A DNA stretch of 64,000 nucleotides from Candidatus Omnitrophota bacterium (GCA_043814965.1 JBDRJN010000006.1:71838-135837), one strand, 5' to 3'. Shown: positions 18,748 to 28,223, numbered from the stretch's first letter. Notes: generated by a model not told the origin, from the letters alone. Numbers and translations are program-made.

Positions 18748-20130
18748 ATGAATATGAACTATCAGGAAACAGTAGATTATATAGATTCCTTTATAAATTT
18801 CGAGAGGATACCGGAGTATGCGTATGAGTCTAGTTTTAGGCTTGATAGGATGCATGCTTTCTTGAATGAACTGGGAAACCCTCACAAAGATTTAAAAGCA
18901 ATCCACATTGCTGGTTCCAAAGGAAAGGGCTCCACGTGCGCTATGATCAGCAATATTTTAAGGCATGCCGGATACAAGGTGGGGCTTTATACTTCTCCGC
19001 ATCTATTGGATGTGAGAGAACGGATCAGGGTTTTAGGTCACAAGCCACAAGCCACAAGCCACAAGCCAGATGAATTCGAGGGAGTGATAGAAAAAGAAGA
19101 GTTTGTTGAATTAGTTGACAGAATAAAACCAAGCTGTGAAAGATTTAGAGACCATAAAGAATTAGGGAGATTGTCATTTTTTGAGATATTGACAGCTTTG
19201 GCTTTTTTATATTTTAAGGAAAAAAAAGTAGACTATGTTGTCTTAGAGACTGGGCTTGGGGGAAGGCTTGACGCGACTAATATCATAGTGCCTCTAGCCT
19301 CAGGGATCACTGCTATCAGCATGGAACACGCTGATAAATTAGGAGATTCTTTAAAAAAAATAGCGCAGGAAAAAGCCGGGATCGTGAAAGATAATGGGAT
19401 ATTATTTACTGTAAGGCAAAAAAAAGAAGTGGCCAATGTTTTAAAAGATAGTTGCAGCAAAAAGAAAGCCGCATATAATGAAGTCGGAAAAGATGCGGTC
19501 TTTAATATTATAGGTGTAGAAGGATCAGGGTGTTCTTTTGATATCAAGGGCCCTGGCTATCTATATAAAGGCCTTAGGATCAATCTGATAGGAAAGCATC
19601 AGGTTGAGAACGCAGCTCTAGCAGTAAGTATAGTAAAACATATAGATAAATACAATGCTATAAAAGAAGAGGCAATAAGAGAGGCTCTTTCCAATATATC
19701 ATGGCCAGGAAGGATGCAGGTAATACAAAGGGGTCCTTTTGTGATACTGGATGGGGCGCAGGATGTCATGAGTATTAGGGCGCTTTTATCCTCTATAAAA
19801 GATATCTTTACTTATAAAAGACTGATCTGTGTATTTGGCGCGTCAAGCGACAAGGATGTTTCAGGGATAGCCAAGGCCCTGGAAAGAAAGATCGATATAT
19901 TGTTTTTAACAAGGTCTAAAAACAAAAGAGCGTTCGACCCGCTCTATTTAAAAAGATATTTTAACATCAAGGATATTTATCTAAGCAATGACGTAGAAGA
20001 AGCCATAGATGGTTCTTTAGGGATCACGGACAAGAAAGACCTGGTGATCATAACAGGGTCTTTGTATGTAGTAGGAGAAGCGCTTGATTTTTTTAAAAGA
20101 GGCAAGGTGTATGAAACATGCGTTAGCTGA
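18748..20130 (+). CDS. folC: Folylpolyglutamate synthase / dihydrofolate synthase
   Basis: Mur-ligase P-loop (HIAGSKGKGSTCAMISNILRHAGYKVGLYTSPHLLDVRERI) and the FolC C-terminal domain. It contains the in-frame heptamer repeat reported separately. Confidence 0.85.
   Translation: MNMNYQETVDYIDSFINFERIPEYAYESSFRLDRMHAFLNELGNPHKDLKAIHIAGSKGKGSTCAMISNILRHAGYKVGLYTSPHLLDVRERIRVLGHKPQATSHKPDEFEGVIEKEEFVELVDRIKPSCERFRDHKELGRLSFFEILTALAFLYFKEKKVDYVVLETGLGGRLDATNIIVPLASGITAISMEHADKLGDSLKKIAQEKAGIVKDNGILFTVRQKKEVANVLKDSCSKKKAAYNEVGKDAVFNIIGVEGSGCSFDIKGPGYLYKGLRINLIGKHQVENAALAVSIVKHIDKYNAIKEEAIREALSNISWPGRMQVIQRGPFVILDGAQDVMSIRALLSSIKDIFTYKRLICVFGASSDKDVSGIAKALERKIDILFLTRSKNKRAFDPLYLKRYFNIKDIYLSNDVEEAIDGSLGITDKKDLVIITGSLYVVGEALDFFKRGKVYETCVS
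19039..19066 (+). repeat. Four perfect tandem copies of the heptanucleotide CACAAGC inside the folC coding sequence (encoding HKPQATSHKP)
   Basis: cacaagccacaagccacaagccacaagc, read directly from the sequence. Confidence 0.7.
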
Positions 20131-21505
20131 TGATACAATTGTAGCTATCTCAACTCCTGTCGGAGAAGGCGGTATAGGAATAGTGCGCCTTAGCGGAGGA
20201 GATGCTATAGATATAGCCAAAAAGATCTTTATCTCTAAAACCAAAAAAGATATTTCTAGGTCCAAGACATATACTATACATTATGGGCATGCCGTCGATA
20301 ATAAAAAAAAGATAATAGACGAAGTCATCTTAAGTGTGATGAAGTCACCCAAGAGCTATACAAGGGAAGATATAGTCGAGATAAACTGCCATAGCGGTAT
20401 AGTACCTTTAAAAAAGATCCTGAACCTAGCGCTTATCAGCGGGGCGCGCCTTGCAGAGCCAGGTGAATTTACAAAAAGGGCATTTCTTAACGGCAGGGTC
20501 GACATATTACAGGCTGAATCCGTGCTTGATGTAATAAAGGCAAAGACAGAGCTTTCTCTGAAAGCAGCATTAAATAACCTGGAAGGCCATTTTTCTAAAA
20601 AAGTCAATGTCATAAGAGATGAGCTGTTGGATGCGCTGTCTGATCTGGAGGCGTGTATTGATTTTTCAGAAGAAGATATCTTGAGGAAAAATAAAAAGAA
20701 TATCCTGGGGAGATTGAAGTCAACAGCCAGAGATATAAACAAGCTTATTAAAACAGGTGACCAGGGCAAGATACTTAGACAGGGCATACGTACAGTGATC
20801 TGCGGCAGTCCTAATGTCGGAAAATCAAGCCTCATGAACGCTCTTTTAAAAGAATCAAGGGCTATTGTGACTCATATACCAGGGACTACACGGGATACTA
20901 TAGAGGAGTTTGTAAATATGAAAGGCCTTCCTATAGTCTTGATAGATACGGCAGGTATAAATAATACCAAATGTATTATAGAAAGAGAAGGGATCAAGAG
21001 AAGCCGGGTTTCAATAGAAAACGCAGACCTAATATTATTTTTGCTGGATCATTCGAGAAAGATCAAAAAGAGCGATCTAGATATCATGAAAAAAATAATC
21101 AATAAAGAAAACCTGATAGTGGTTATCAATAAGAAAGACCTTAAAAAAAAGATAGACCCAAGCAGAGTAAAAATAGTATTAAGAAACAAGAATACAGTTT
21201 ATGTCTCAGCGCTTAATATGCAGGGCATAGATAAGCTGGAAAGAATGATCGAAGAGAAGGTCTTTCACGGCAAAGCTCCCAGCGCAGACTTTACCAGCGC
21301 TTCCAATGATAGGCAGTTATCTCTTTTGAGACATGGTTTGTCGGATATAGATGAAGCGATCGCGGCATTAAAAAAAGGTGTTTCTTTGGATTGTATTTCT
21401 ATATATATAAGGTCAGCGATAGAAAAGATAGGAGAATTGACAGGGCATACTGTCACTGAAAGCGCTTTGGATAAGATATTTTCAAAATTTTGTATAGGCA
21501 AATAG
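20111..21505 (+). CDS. mnmE: tRNA modification GTPase MnmE (TrmE)
   Basis: N-terminal THF-binding domain ([22 protein letters not shown]), G-domain ([14 protein letters not shown]...DTAG) and the C-terminal CIGK motif. The ATG at 20111 overlaps the folC 3' end by about 20 nt; the track ORF starts 27 nt further upstream. Confidence 0.85.
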   Translation: MKHALADDTIVAISTPVGEGGIGIVRLSGGDAIDIAKKIFISKTKKDISRSKTYTIHYGHAVDNKKKIIDEVILSVMKSPKSYTREDIVEINCHSGIVPLKKILNLALISGARLAEPGEFTKRAFLNGRVDILQAESVLDVIKAKTELSLKAALNNLEGHFSKKVNVIRDELLDALSDLEACIDFSEEDILRKNKKNILGRLKSTARDINKLIKTGDQGKILRQGIRTVICGSPNVGKSSLMNALLKESRAIVTHIPGTTRDTIEEFVNMKGLPIVLIDTAGINNTKCIIEREGIKRSRVSIENADLILFLLDHSRKIKKSDLDIMKKIINKENLIVVINKKDLKKKIDPSRVKIVLRNKNTVYVSALNMQGIDKLERMIEEKVFHGKAPSADFTSASNDRQLSLLRHGLSDIDEAIAALKKGVSLDCISIYIRSAIEKIGELTGHTVTESALDKIFSKFCIGK

Positions 21506-21513
21506 GAGGAAAA

Positions 21514-22071
21514 ATGGATAAGAGCAAGATAAAAAAAGCAGTGAGGATGATACTTGAAGCTATCGGTGATGATCCGGATAGGGATGACCTAAAAAAGACG
21601 CCTGAAAGAGTAGCAGATATGTATGAGGAGATATTCAGCGGTATATCTAAAAATCCTGAAAAGGAATTAGAGATACTGCTTTCAGAAAAGCATGAAGAGA
21701 TAGTGCTTTTAAAAGGTATACCTCTTTATTCAGTATGCGAACATCATCTCTTGCCTTTTGTAGGCAAAGCTCATATAGCGTATATTCCCAAAAACAATAA
21801 GGTCACAGGCCTTAGTAAGCTTGCCAGGATCGTTGATATACTCTCAAAACGCCTTCAAGTACAGGAAAGGCTTACCACTGAAATAGCCGAAGTAGTCATG
21901 AAGAAATTGAAGCCGAGAGGGGTCATGGTAGTGCTGGAGGCAGAACATCTTTGCATGAGCATGCGGGGAGTAAAAACACCAGGAGTCACTACTACAACAA
22001 GCGCGGTAAGAGGGGTCTTTAAAGAAAGCTCCAAAACCCGCTCCGAAACCTTATCATTAATAAAGAGTTAA
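21514..22071 (+). CDS. folE: GTP cyclohydrolase I
   Basis: FolE signature region ([16 protein letters not shown]...[21 protein letters not shown]). AGGAGG lies 5 nt upstream of the ATG at 21514. Confidence 0.85.
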   Translation: MDKSKIKKAVRMILEAIGDDPDRDDLKKTPERVADMYEEIFSGISKNPEKELEILLSEKHEEIVLLKGIPLYSVCEHHLLPFVGKAHIAYIPKNNKVTGLSKLARIVDILSKRLQVQERLTTEIAEVVMKKLKPRGVMVVLEAEHLCMSMRGVKTPGVTTTTSAVRGVFKESSKTRSETLSLIKS

Positions 22072-22100
22072 TTATATAACTAATTGATATTAATAAAGTT

Positions 22101-22132
22101 ACCATAGGGGACCCTTAAGGGTCCCCTATGGT
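22101..22132. terminator. Perfect 32-bp GC-rich palindrome (ACCATAGGGGACCCTTAAGGGTCCCCTATGGT), about 30 nt after the folE stop; member of a recurrent hairpin family
   Basis: Read directly from the sequence. Related copies at 24467-24492 and 28059-28084 also follow + strand stop codons. Confidence 0.5.
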
Positions 22133-22153
22133 ATAACCTATGTAAAATTTTTA

Positions 22154-22182
22154 TTGACATAACTACTGGTTTTTAGTACAAT
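22154..22182 (+). promoter_or_regulatory. Consensus sigma70 promoter TTGACA-N17-TACAAT for the 709-aa orphan gene
   Basis: -35 at 22154-22159, a 17-nt spacer and -10 at 22177-22182. Confidence 0.5.
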
Positions 22183-22215
22183 ATATCTATAATTAAATAT
22201 TCATAAAAACAGCAT

Positions 22216-22251
22216 GGCGTCATGGGAAGATCCAGAAAGACGCCTTTTTTT
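22216..22251 (+). promoter_or_regulatory. Terminator-like hairpin (GGCGTC...GACGCC followed by T7) inside the 5' leader, between the promoter and the RBS: candidate attenuator or riboregulator
   Basis: ggcgtcatgggaagatccagaaagacgcc is followed by ttttttt. A second stem, TGTAGT...ACTACA, lies at 22266-22289. The AGGAGG RBS is at 22299-22304. Confidence 0.35.
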
Positions 22252-22309
22252 GTCTAAAACTATAGTGTAGTTTTAAAAAGTATACTACAGAATAAAATAG
22301 GAGGGTAAA

Positions 22310-24439
22310 ATGTCAATTTCTAGAAAAGATTTGTCAGCCAAAGTAGTAAGGTTTGTCGTATTAGGAATATTTATATTTAGTAATATTGCCTATGCTGATC
22401 TTATAGAAAGCCATTTAAGGCCTGAAATGGGAAAGGAAAATCTTAAGGAGGCCGCGGCACAGGTCATATTAAGAGATACTAAAAAACCGGACGCTGGCCA
22501 TACAGAAGCAGTATTGGGTGCCTGGAATGCAGCTATGAAGGGTCGATATGACGAAGCCTATAGTTTGGTTTTTGAAGGTTTGTTAGGAGAGGATGCTGTG
22601 GTGAATATAGATACCGCTATAGGCATATTAAATGCTTTAATGGTTTATTATGGTATAAATACCGATAACGGATTAGAGCTTGAAGAAGTTGTAAGTGTTG
22701 TTGAAAAACACAAGGGTTCAAAAGACCAGACTTTAATGAAAGATGAGTTAAGGGCTCTTATTGGAGTATACCCTTCCGAAGACGGTGTAATTAATATGTT
22801 CAAGCAAAGGCTAAAGGAGAAAGGAACGCATATTATATACGGAGATGAATACCGTACAGGTAGATATGATGATGGTTGGTATTATCAGCCGGAAATAAAA
22901 GATTTCATAGATGAGAAATCTATCATAGGCGCTTCTAAAAAAGCTTTTGAAATATTAAAAGAATATGAGGATTTCGAATTTCAAATAACAAAAATACCAC
23001 AAGTAGAGTATTATAAGGAAAAAGTAGGTGAGGACGAATATCATTTGGGAGGTTCTTCGCCTCTTCCTAATCCTATAATTGATATTTGTCAGGATGTCTA
23101 CAAATTAAAAGAAAGAGGAGAAATAACTGTAAGGCCTAAAGGAGAAAAAAGAGATTTTAGTGTTGTTAGTATTCAGCCAAAATCAACGCCAGATAAGGGT
23201 ATAATAGAGTCTGATTTTACAGGTATAACACTTACGAAAGACATATATATAGCCAAAAGCAAAGATTTTAAGCCTGAGTTTACATGGAGAGAAAGAGGAA
23301 GGTTGAAACGCAGGATAAAAACTCTTTTTAAAGGGGAAAATGCAAGACAAACAGCTTTAAATGCAGTATACGCATTAGCTCAAAATACAGGATATATTAT
23401 TCCAGAACTGGTCTGGGAGTCTAGAGATATAGGGGAATTTCGGATGAAATGTGATACTATTTCTAAAATCGTAGGATATTTATCAAAAAAAATAGATATT
23501 TTTGGAGCAGTTAATAGTATTAAATCTGAAGACCTTTTTCAAGCAGAAGAATTTGAAAAAAAGTATGGATATTTTTCAGCTAAATATGAAAACGGGAAAT
23601 TGACTATAATTTCTCCGCCTGAGAATGTTCCTTTAGCTCAGGACATGATTACTAAAGATAATCTTCTTGACGATTGGCAGAGAAAAAATAGAGATCATAG
23701 GATCAATAACAATTTTAATACGCCTAAGGATAAAACAATCGCTTATTCAGCTTATAAAAAGATAGCCGACTATTTAAATAGCCAAGGTAAGCTTGATTAT
23801 ATCAATAATGTAATAGATGTGAGTAAGCTTTCTAAAGCTGTCGAGTTTAAAAAAGATTACGGAGATTTTAAAGTAGTGTTCAATAAAAAAACTGATACAG
23901 AATCGTATATAGATACAGAAACAATATTTGTAGAAAAGTTTAATCGTAGTGATATGTATAAAGGTCTAGACGCATCTACTGCTCATTGGATAATGGATCA
24001 AGTAGAACAAATGGAAATACCGCTGGTAGAGAAACAAGTCCAGGTAATGAAAACAAGAGAATTTGACAAAAGCTACATCACTATTTCTCCTCTAACCAGA
24101 TTAACTGACCTCAAACTTACACCCGTATTCTTCATGGATACTGATGTAGTCAATAACAAGGAAGGGTTTGAAAAGGCTTTAGCACAGTTAAGGAAGAACG
24201 AAGGCAATATACCTACAATAGTATTAAACAACGAGACCGAGGCAGATGTAAGAGAGAAACTAAAGGGCATTGATCTGGGCGGTGTGGTATTCCAGACTCA
24301 AGATGCGCTTGGCTTAAAAGACTTTGACCTAGCAAGTCTAAAAGCTTCTATAGAAGGCATAGATGATCTTATGGCTATACCTATAACAGAAGCTTTAAAG
24401 ACAAAATACCCACCTTTAGCTCACGCAACCCAAGGCTAA
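22310..24439 (+). CDS. Hypothetical secreted protein (709 aa, signal peptide) with no recognisable domain
   Basis: The N-terminal signal peptide (VVRFVVLGIFIFSNIAYA|DL) is followed by a soluble K/E/D-rich sequence with no motif I can assign. It has its own promoter and leader and is bracketed by palindromes. Confidence 0.5.
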   Translation: MSISRKDLSAKVVRFVVLGIFIFSNIAYADLIESHLRPEMGKENLKEAAAQVILRDTKKPDAGHTEAVLGAWNAAMKGRYDEAYSLVFEGLLGEDAVVNIDTAIGILNALMVYYGINTDNGLELEEVVSVVEKHKGSKDQTLMKDELRALIGVYPSEDGVINMFKQRLKEKGTHIIYGDEYRTGRYDDGWYYQPEIKDFIDEKSIIGASKKAFEILKEYEDFEFQITKIPQVEYYKEKVGEDEYHLGGSSPLPNPIIDICQDVYKLKERGEITVRPKGEKRDFSVVSIQPKSTPDKGIIESDFTGITLTKDIYIAKSKDFKPEFTWRERGRLKRRIKTLFKGENARQTALNAVYALAQNTGYIIPELVWESRDIGEFRMKCDTISKIVGYLSKKIDIFGAVNSIKSEDLFQAEEFEKKYGYFSAKYENGKLTIISPPENVPLAQDMITKDNLLDDWQRKNRDHRINNNFNTPKDKTIAYSAYKKIADYLNSQGKLDYINNVIDVSKLSKAVEFKKDYGDFKVVFNKKTDTESYIDTETIFVEKFNRSDMYKGLDASTAHWIMDQVEQMEIPLVEKQVQVMKTREFDKSYITISPLTRLTDLKLTPVFFMDTDVVNNKEGFEKALAQLRKNEGNIPTIVLNNETEADVREKLKGIDLGGVVFQTQDALGLKDFDLASLKASIEGIDDLMAIPITEALKTKYPPLAHATQG

Positions 24440-24466
24440 ATTCTTTAGATAATATAGATATAAACC

Positions 24467-24492
24467 GTAGGGGACCCTTAAGGGTCCCCTAC
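24467..24492. terminator. GC-rich palindrome GTAGGGGACCCTTAAGGGTCCCCTAC, about 28 nt after the stop of the 709-aa gene (same family as 22101)
   Basis: Read directly from the sequence. Confidence 0.5.
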
Positions 24493-24557
24493 ATTGTGGA
24501 TAAGGTTGTTATGGATAGGGTTATGGATAAACGTGAATAAGTGCGGTAGTGAATAAC

Positions 24558-26087
24558 TTATATCCATATATTCCTATCAAGGCTTCTGTATTGGATCGCT
24601 TCTGATATATGAACTGATTCGATATCTTCTTTAGCATCCAGATCCGCGATAGTGCGCGAGACCTTTAAGATCTTGTCATAACATCTAGCGCTAAAGCCAA
24701 GCTCAGTTATAGCTGTTTTTAGCAGATCCTTGGATATTTCATCCAGCCTGCAGTATTTCCTGATAAGCTTATAATCCATCTCAGAATTCAAGGATATGTT
24801 CTCATCCTTAAATCTATCAAGCTGTATCTTTCTTGTCTTCTCAACCCTTTCCCTGATATCCCTGGATGGTTCCCCGCTTTTTTCATTTGAGAGGTCTTTA
24901 TATTTTAAAGAAGGTACTTCTATATGGATATCTATCCTGTCTAAGAGCGGGCCGGAGATCTTGGAACGGTATTTATGGATCTGGTTCGGGGTGCACCTAC
25001 AGATGGATCTTGATTCTCCAAATCCTCCGCACGGGCATGGATTCATGGCTCCTACGAGCATTATCCTGGCTGGAAATTCTATAGAGTCATTCATACGGGA
25101 TATATTTATTGAACAGTCTTCCAGAGGCTGCCTCAAGGCCTCCAGGACATTCCTATTGAATTCAGGGAGCTCATCCATAAAGAGTACTCCATTTTGCGCA
25201 AGGCTTATTTCTCCTGGCCTTGGCGTGCTGCCTCCGCCTACTATTGATACGTGGCTGGCAGTATGGTGAGGGGACCTGAATGGCCTGGATGTGATCAAGC
25301 GGGATCTATTTGAACTTAGATGAGATACGCTGTAGATCTTACTTGTATCGATTATTTCTTCTATGGTCATGTCTGGCAAAATAGTAGGGAGTCTTTTTGC
25401 AAGCATGGTCTTTCCGCTTCCAGGAGGGCCCAGGAGTATTATATTGTGATTGCCAGAAGCAGCTATCTCAAGAGCCCTCTTAGCATAATACTGGCCTTTT
25501 ACATCTGAGAAATCTATATCATAAGGTTTATTTTTTTCTACAGGTTGATCCGGGGAATCTTTAAGAGGCGCTATAGAGCTTATACCATTTACGATATTAC
25601 ATACATCTATCAACGTGTCTACAGCATATATCTCCATGTCTTTTACTACCTTTACTTCATGAGAATTGTTCTTAGGCAGTATAAGTTTTTTACTGCTATT
25701 CTTTAAAGACATTGCAATAGGCAGGGCGCCCTTGATAGGCCTAAGTTTTCCGTTCAAAGAGAGCTCTCCTAAAAATACAAAATCCTCAATATTTTTACGG
25801 TCTATCTGTTCAGAAGATGCAAGTATACCTATCGCAATTGGGAGATCAAAGCAAGGCCCTTCTTTTTTGAGGTCACAAGGCGCCAGGTTTATAGTGATCT
25901 TTTGAGTAGGGTAATGTAAGGAGCTATTCTTTATAGCTGTTTTCACCCTATCCCTGGATTCTTTTATTACTGCATCCGGAAGCCCGCCTATTACAATAGC
26001 TGGTAAGCCGTTTGTTATGTCTATCTCGATCTCTATGGGTTTTCCCTCGATCCCTATGGTGGCAGCTGAGTGTATTTTTGACAGCAT
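24558..26087 (-). CDS. comM: YifB/ComM-family Mg-chelatase-like AAA+ ATPase
   Basis: N-terminal ChlI-like domain (SAATIGIEGKPIEIEIDITNGLPAIVIGGLPDAVIKESRDRV), Walker A (LGPPGSGKTMLA) and the C-terminal Mg-chelatase subunit region. Confidence 0.8.
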   Translation of the reverse strand: MLSKIHSAATIGIEGKPIEIEIDITNGLPAIVIGGLPDAVIKESRDRVKTAIKNSSLHYPTQKITINLAPCDLKKEGPCFDLPIAIGILASSEQIDRKNIEDFVFLGELSLNGKLRPIKGALPIAMSLKNSSKKLILPKNNSHEVKVVKDMEIYAVDTLIDVCNIVNGISSIAPLKDSPDQPVEKNKPYDIDFSDVKGQYYAKRALEIAASGNHNIILLGPPGSGKTMLAKRLPTILPDMTIEEIIDTSKIYSVSHLSSNRSRLITSRPFRSPHHTASHVSIVGGGSTPRPGEISLAQNGVLFMDELPEFNRNVLEALRQPLEDCSINISRMNDSIEFPARIMLVGAMNPCPCGGFGESRSICRCTPNQIHKYRSKISGPLLDRIDIHIEVPSLKYKDLSNEKSGEPSRDIRERVEKTRKIQLDRFKDENISLNSEMDYKLIRKYCRLDEISKDLLKTAITELGFSARCYDKILKVSRTIADLDAKEDIESVHISEAIQYRSLDRNIWI

Positions 26088-26223
26088 AAGACCTCCTTTA
26101 TGTAGGTTCGGACAATAAGCTCTATGGAGTTTCCATGACTTAGGCCCTCACTTATATATGACAAAAAATAAGGCTATTTTCTTTCAAGTGGGTTAAATTT
26201 TTTTTAAATAGGTCAGGGCTAAC

Positions 26224-26252
26224 TTGACAATCTCAATATCATAATGTATACT
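26224..26252 (+). promoter_or_regulatory. Consensus promoter TTGACA-N17-TATACT upstream of the first outer-membrane-protein paralogue
   Basis: -35 at 26224-26229 and -10 at 26247-26252. Confidence 0.45.
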
Positions 26253-26280
26253 TCATTATAAATTAGCATAATCTATTATA

Positions 26281-27165
26281 TTGTTTTATAAGGAAAGGTT
26301 ATATTTTATGAAGAAAGGTTATGGTGTCTATTTTTTATTATTAGCATCTATACTTATTTATCAAGGCGTTTCTTATGCAGCTACAGTTGGTAATCCGCTT
26401 GACCTGGATGTTCCAAGCAATTCTTCTATGTTACGCCAGAGAGTAATAGAAGGGACCATGGATGAGGCAGAGCAGATGATAAAGATAAAGACATCCCTTG
26501 ATCTGGAGTTTGTTTTTGATAAAGATCTGGATAGTTCATCAGAAGTCGGCAGTCCTGAGATCAGCGGCCAGTGGCATATGGTCAAAATAGGCGCAACTGT
26601 ACTCGATAGAGTAGAACCCTATATAAAGCTTGGTACTTCAGTATTGACAGCTGAATGGAAACAGAATAATCAGTCTAATATAGAGGTAGAGTCTGAGACA
26701 GGTTTTGCATGGGGAGCTGGATTAAAAGCGGTTTTGTGGGATTTTGATGATTGGGGAGTGCGCCTTACCGGAGACTTGCAATACAGGCACGCAGAGCCAG
26801 ACGCGGCTGAGATCACAAAAAATGCTTCAACAGTGACTGATACTGGAGCGGATTTTGAAATAAGTGAATATCAATTATCATTTATTGCGAGTAAAAAATT
26901 TGAACTTCCATTGAAATGGCAAAGCCTTTTTATTGTGCCTTACGCAGGGTTTAGCCTTTCAGATTCAACTGTAGATGTAAGTTTTAAAGACCCGAATGCG
27001 CCAGGAGCGGCATATTCTCTTTTTAATGCAAGTAATGGCGAGAAACTCGGGCTTATTTTTGGGTGCGATATACTGCCGAGCCTAACGAGTTCTTTTATCT
27101 ATAGCCTGGAGCTTAGGCTGATAAATGAGCTTGCTTTAAGCCTCGGGGGAACAGTGAAGTTTTAA
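26281..27165 (+). CDS. Putative small outer-membrane beta-barrel protein (paralogue 1)
   Basis: Signal peptide; shares the motifs EPYIK(L/I)GTS...AEW and C-terminal ...L(I/K)LINE(L/F)A(L/I)(S/T)(L/M)GGT(V/I)KF with the next gene; C-terminal Phe. Confidence 0.5.
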   Translation: MFYKERLYFMKKGYGVYFLLLASILIYQGVSYAATVGNPLDLDVPSNSSMLRQRVIEGTMDEAEQMIKIKTSLDLEFVFDKDLDSSSEVGSPEISGQWHMVKIGATVLDRVEPYIKLGTSVLTAEWKQNNQSNIEVESETGFAWGAGLKAVLWDFDDWGVRLTGDLQYRHAEPDAAEITKNASTVTDTGADFEISEYQLSFIASKKFELPLKWQSLFIVPYAGFSLSDSTVDVSFKDPNAPGAAYSLFNASNGEKLGLIFGCDILPSLTSSFIYSLELRLINELALSLGGTVKF

Positions 27166-27186
27166 AAAAATATTTAGGAGCTTAAT

Positions 27187-28023
27187 ATGAAAAATATCAT
27201 ATCAGTTTTAATTATATTAGCTTTTGCGAGCCCTAGTTTCGCAATGTCAATAGGCGGCCCAGACATGAGTATCCCTGAAAAGCCGCTCTACACTAAAGAT
27301 AAAGCTGTCAACAGGGAATTGGATAAATATGAATTCAATACAAACTTGAGGGCTGGGGCGGAGATGGAGCTTATATTTGGAAGAGAGCTGGAAGGGGCAG
27401 AGGCAGATATCTCAAAGGCTGAGCTTAAAGGCCAGAACTATATGATCAAATTCTCTAATAATTTCAATAATATATTCGAGCCTTATATAAAAATAGGCAC
27501 TTCTAATCTCAAAGCTGAATGGACCCAGTATGGTGAATCTATAGAGGTTACAGGGGACCCTGGTTTTATATGGTGCATGGGCGCAAAGGCTATCTTGGCA
27601 GATATAAAGGATTATGGGGTCAAAGTCTCTTTTGACATGCAGCATAGGAGCCTTGATACAAAGATAGATACAGCAAAGAGAGGCGGAACAACCATAGGTT
27701 CTATGAAAGATGAGGAATTTACATTAAAAGAGTGGCAATTCAGCTTGATGGCCAGCAAGAAATATATATTTCCCTTTAAACAAGAAGACTATTATGTGAT
27801 CCCTTACGGGGGCATAACATATTCACTTACAGACGTTAATGTCAGATTTACTGAGCCTTCAGGCAGAGAGGTCTCCACTTATAACGCAGATGATAAGAAT
27901 GACTTTGGTTTTGTATTGGGTTTTGATGTGATGCCTTCCCTTTCAAGCTGGTACCTGTTTAACTTCGAGATGAAACTCATAAATGAGTTTGCCATTACCA
28001 TGGGCAGCACCATAAAGTTCTAA
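27187..28023 (+). CDS. Putative small outer-membrane beta-barrel protein (paralogue 2)
   Basis: Collinear with 26281-27165 over the whole length; C-terminal ...KLINEFAITMGSTIKF. Confidence 0.5.
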   Translation: MKNIISVLIILAFASPSFAMSIGGPDMSIPEKPLYTKDKAVNRELDKYEFNTNLRAGAEMELIFGRELEGAEADISKAELKGQNYMIKFSNNFNNIFEPYIKIGTSNLKAEWTQYGESIEVTGDPGFIWCMGAKAILADIKDYGVKVSFDMQHRSLDTKIDTAKRGGTTIGSMKDEEFTLKEWQFSLMASKKYIFPFKQEDYYVIPYGGITYSLTDVNVRFTEPSGREVSTYNADDKNDFGFVLGFDVMPSLSSWYLFNFEMKLINEFAITMGSTIKF

Positions 28024-28058
28024 ATAGTTTTTTATAATATTTTTATAGTCAAGTAGTA

Positions 28059-28084
28059 GTAGGGGAGCCTTAAGGCTCCCCTAC
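28059..28084. terminator. Palindrome GTAGGGGAGCCTTAAGGCTCCCCTAC, a family variant with compensatory changes, followed by a 15-bp tandem duplication (CTACGTTTTAGAAGG x2, 28081-28110)
   Basis: Read directly from the sequence. The stem is conserved while two complementary positions co-vary relative to the copies at 22101 and 24467. Confidence 0.5.
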
Positions 28085-28223
28085 GTTTTAGAAGGCTACG
28101 TTTTAGAAGGCAACCTCAGGTATTTTTCTTTTTACTTGCCATAGTACCTATCTGTTATATATAATACTATACTAGCCATAACTGATCGGGGTGTATTTAG
28201 AAATACGATCTTAAGGAGAGATA

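Noticed and set aside
24440-24557. Possible chromosomal replication origin (oriC) at the DnaA-box cluster
   Set aside because: No dnaA, dnaN or gidA genes are nearby. There is no obvious AT-rich unwinding element with 13-mer repeats, and the cluster sits between convergent gene ends. I kept it only as a possible DnaA-titration site.
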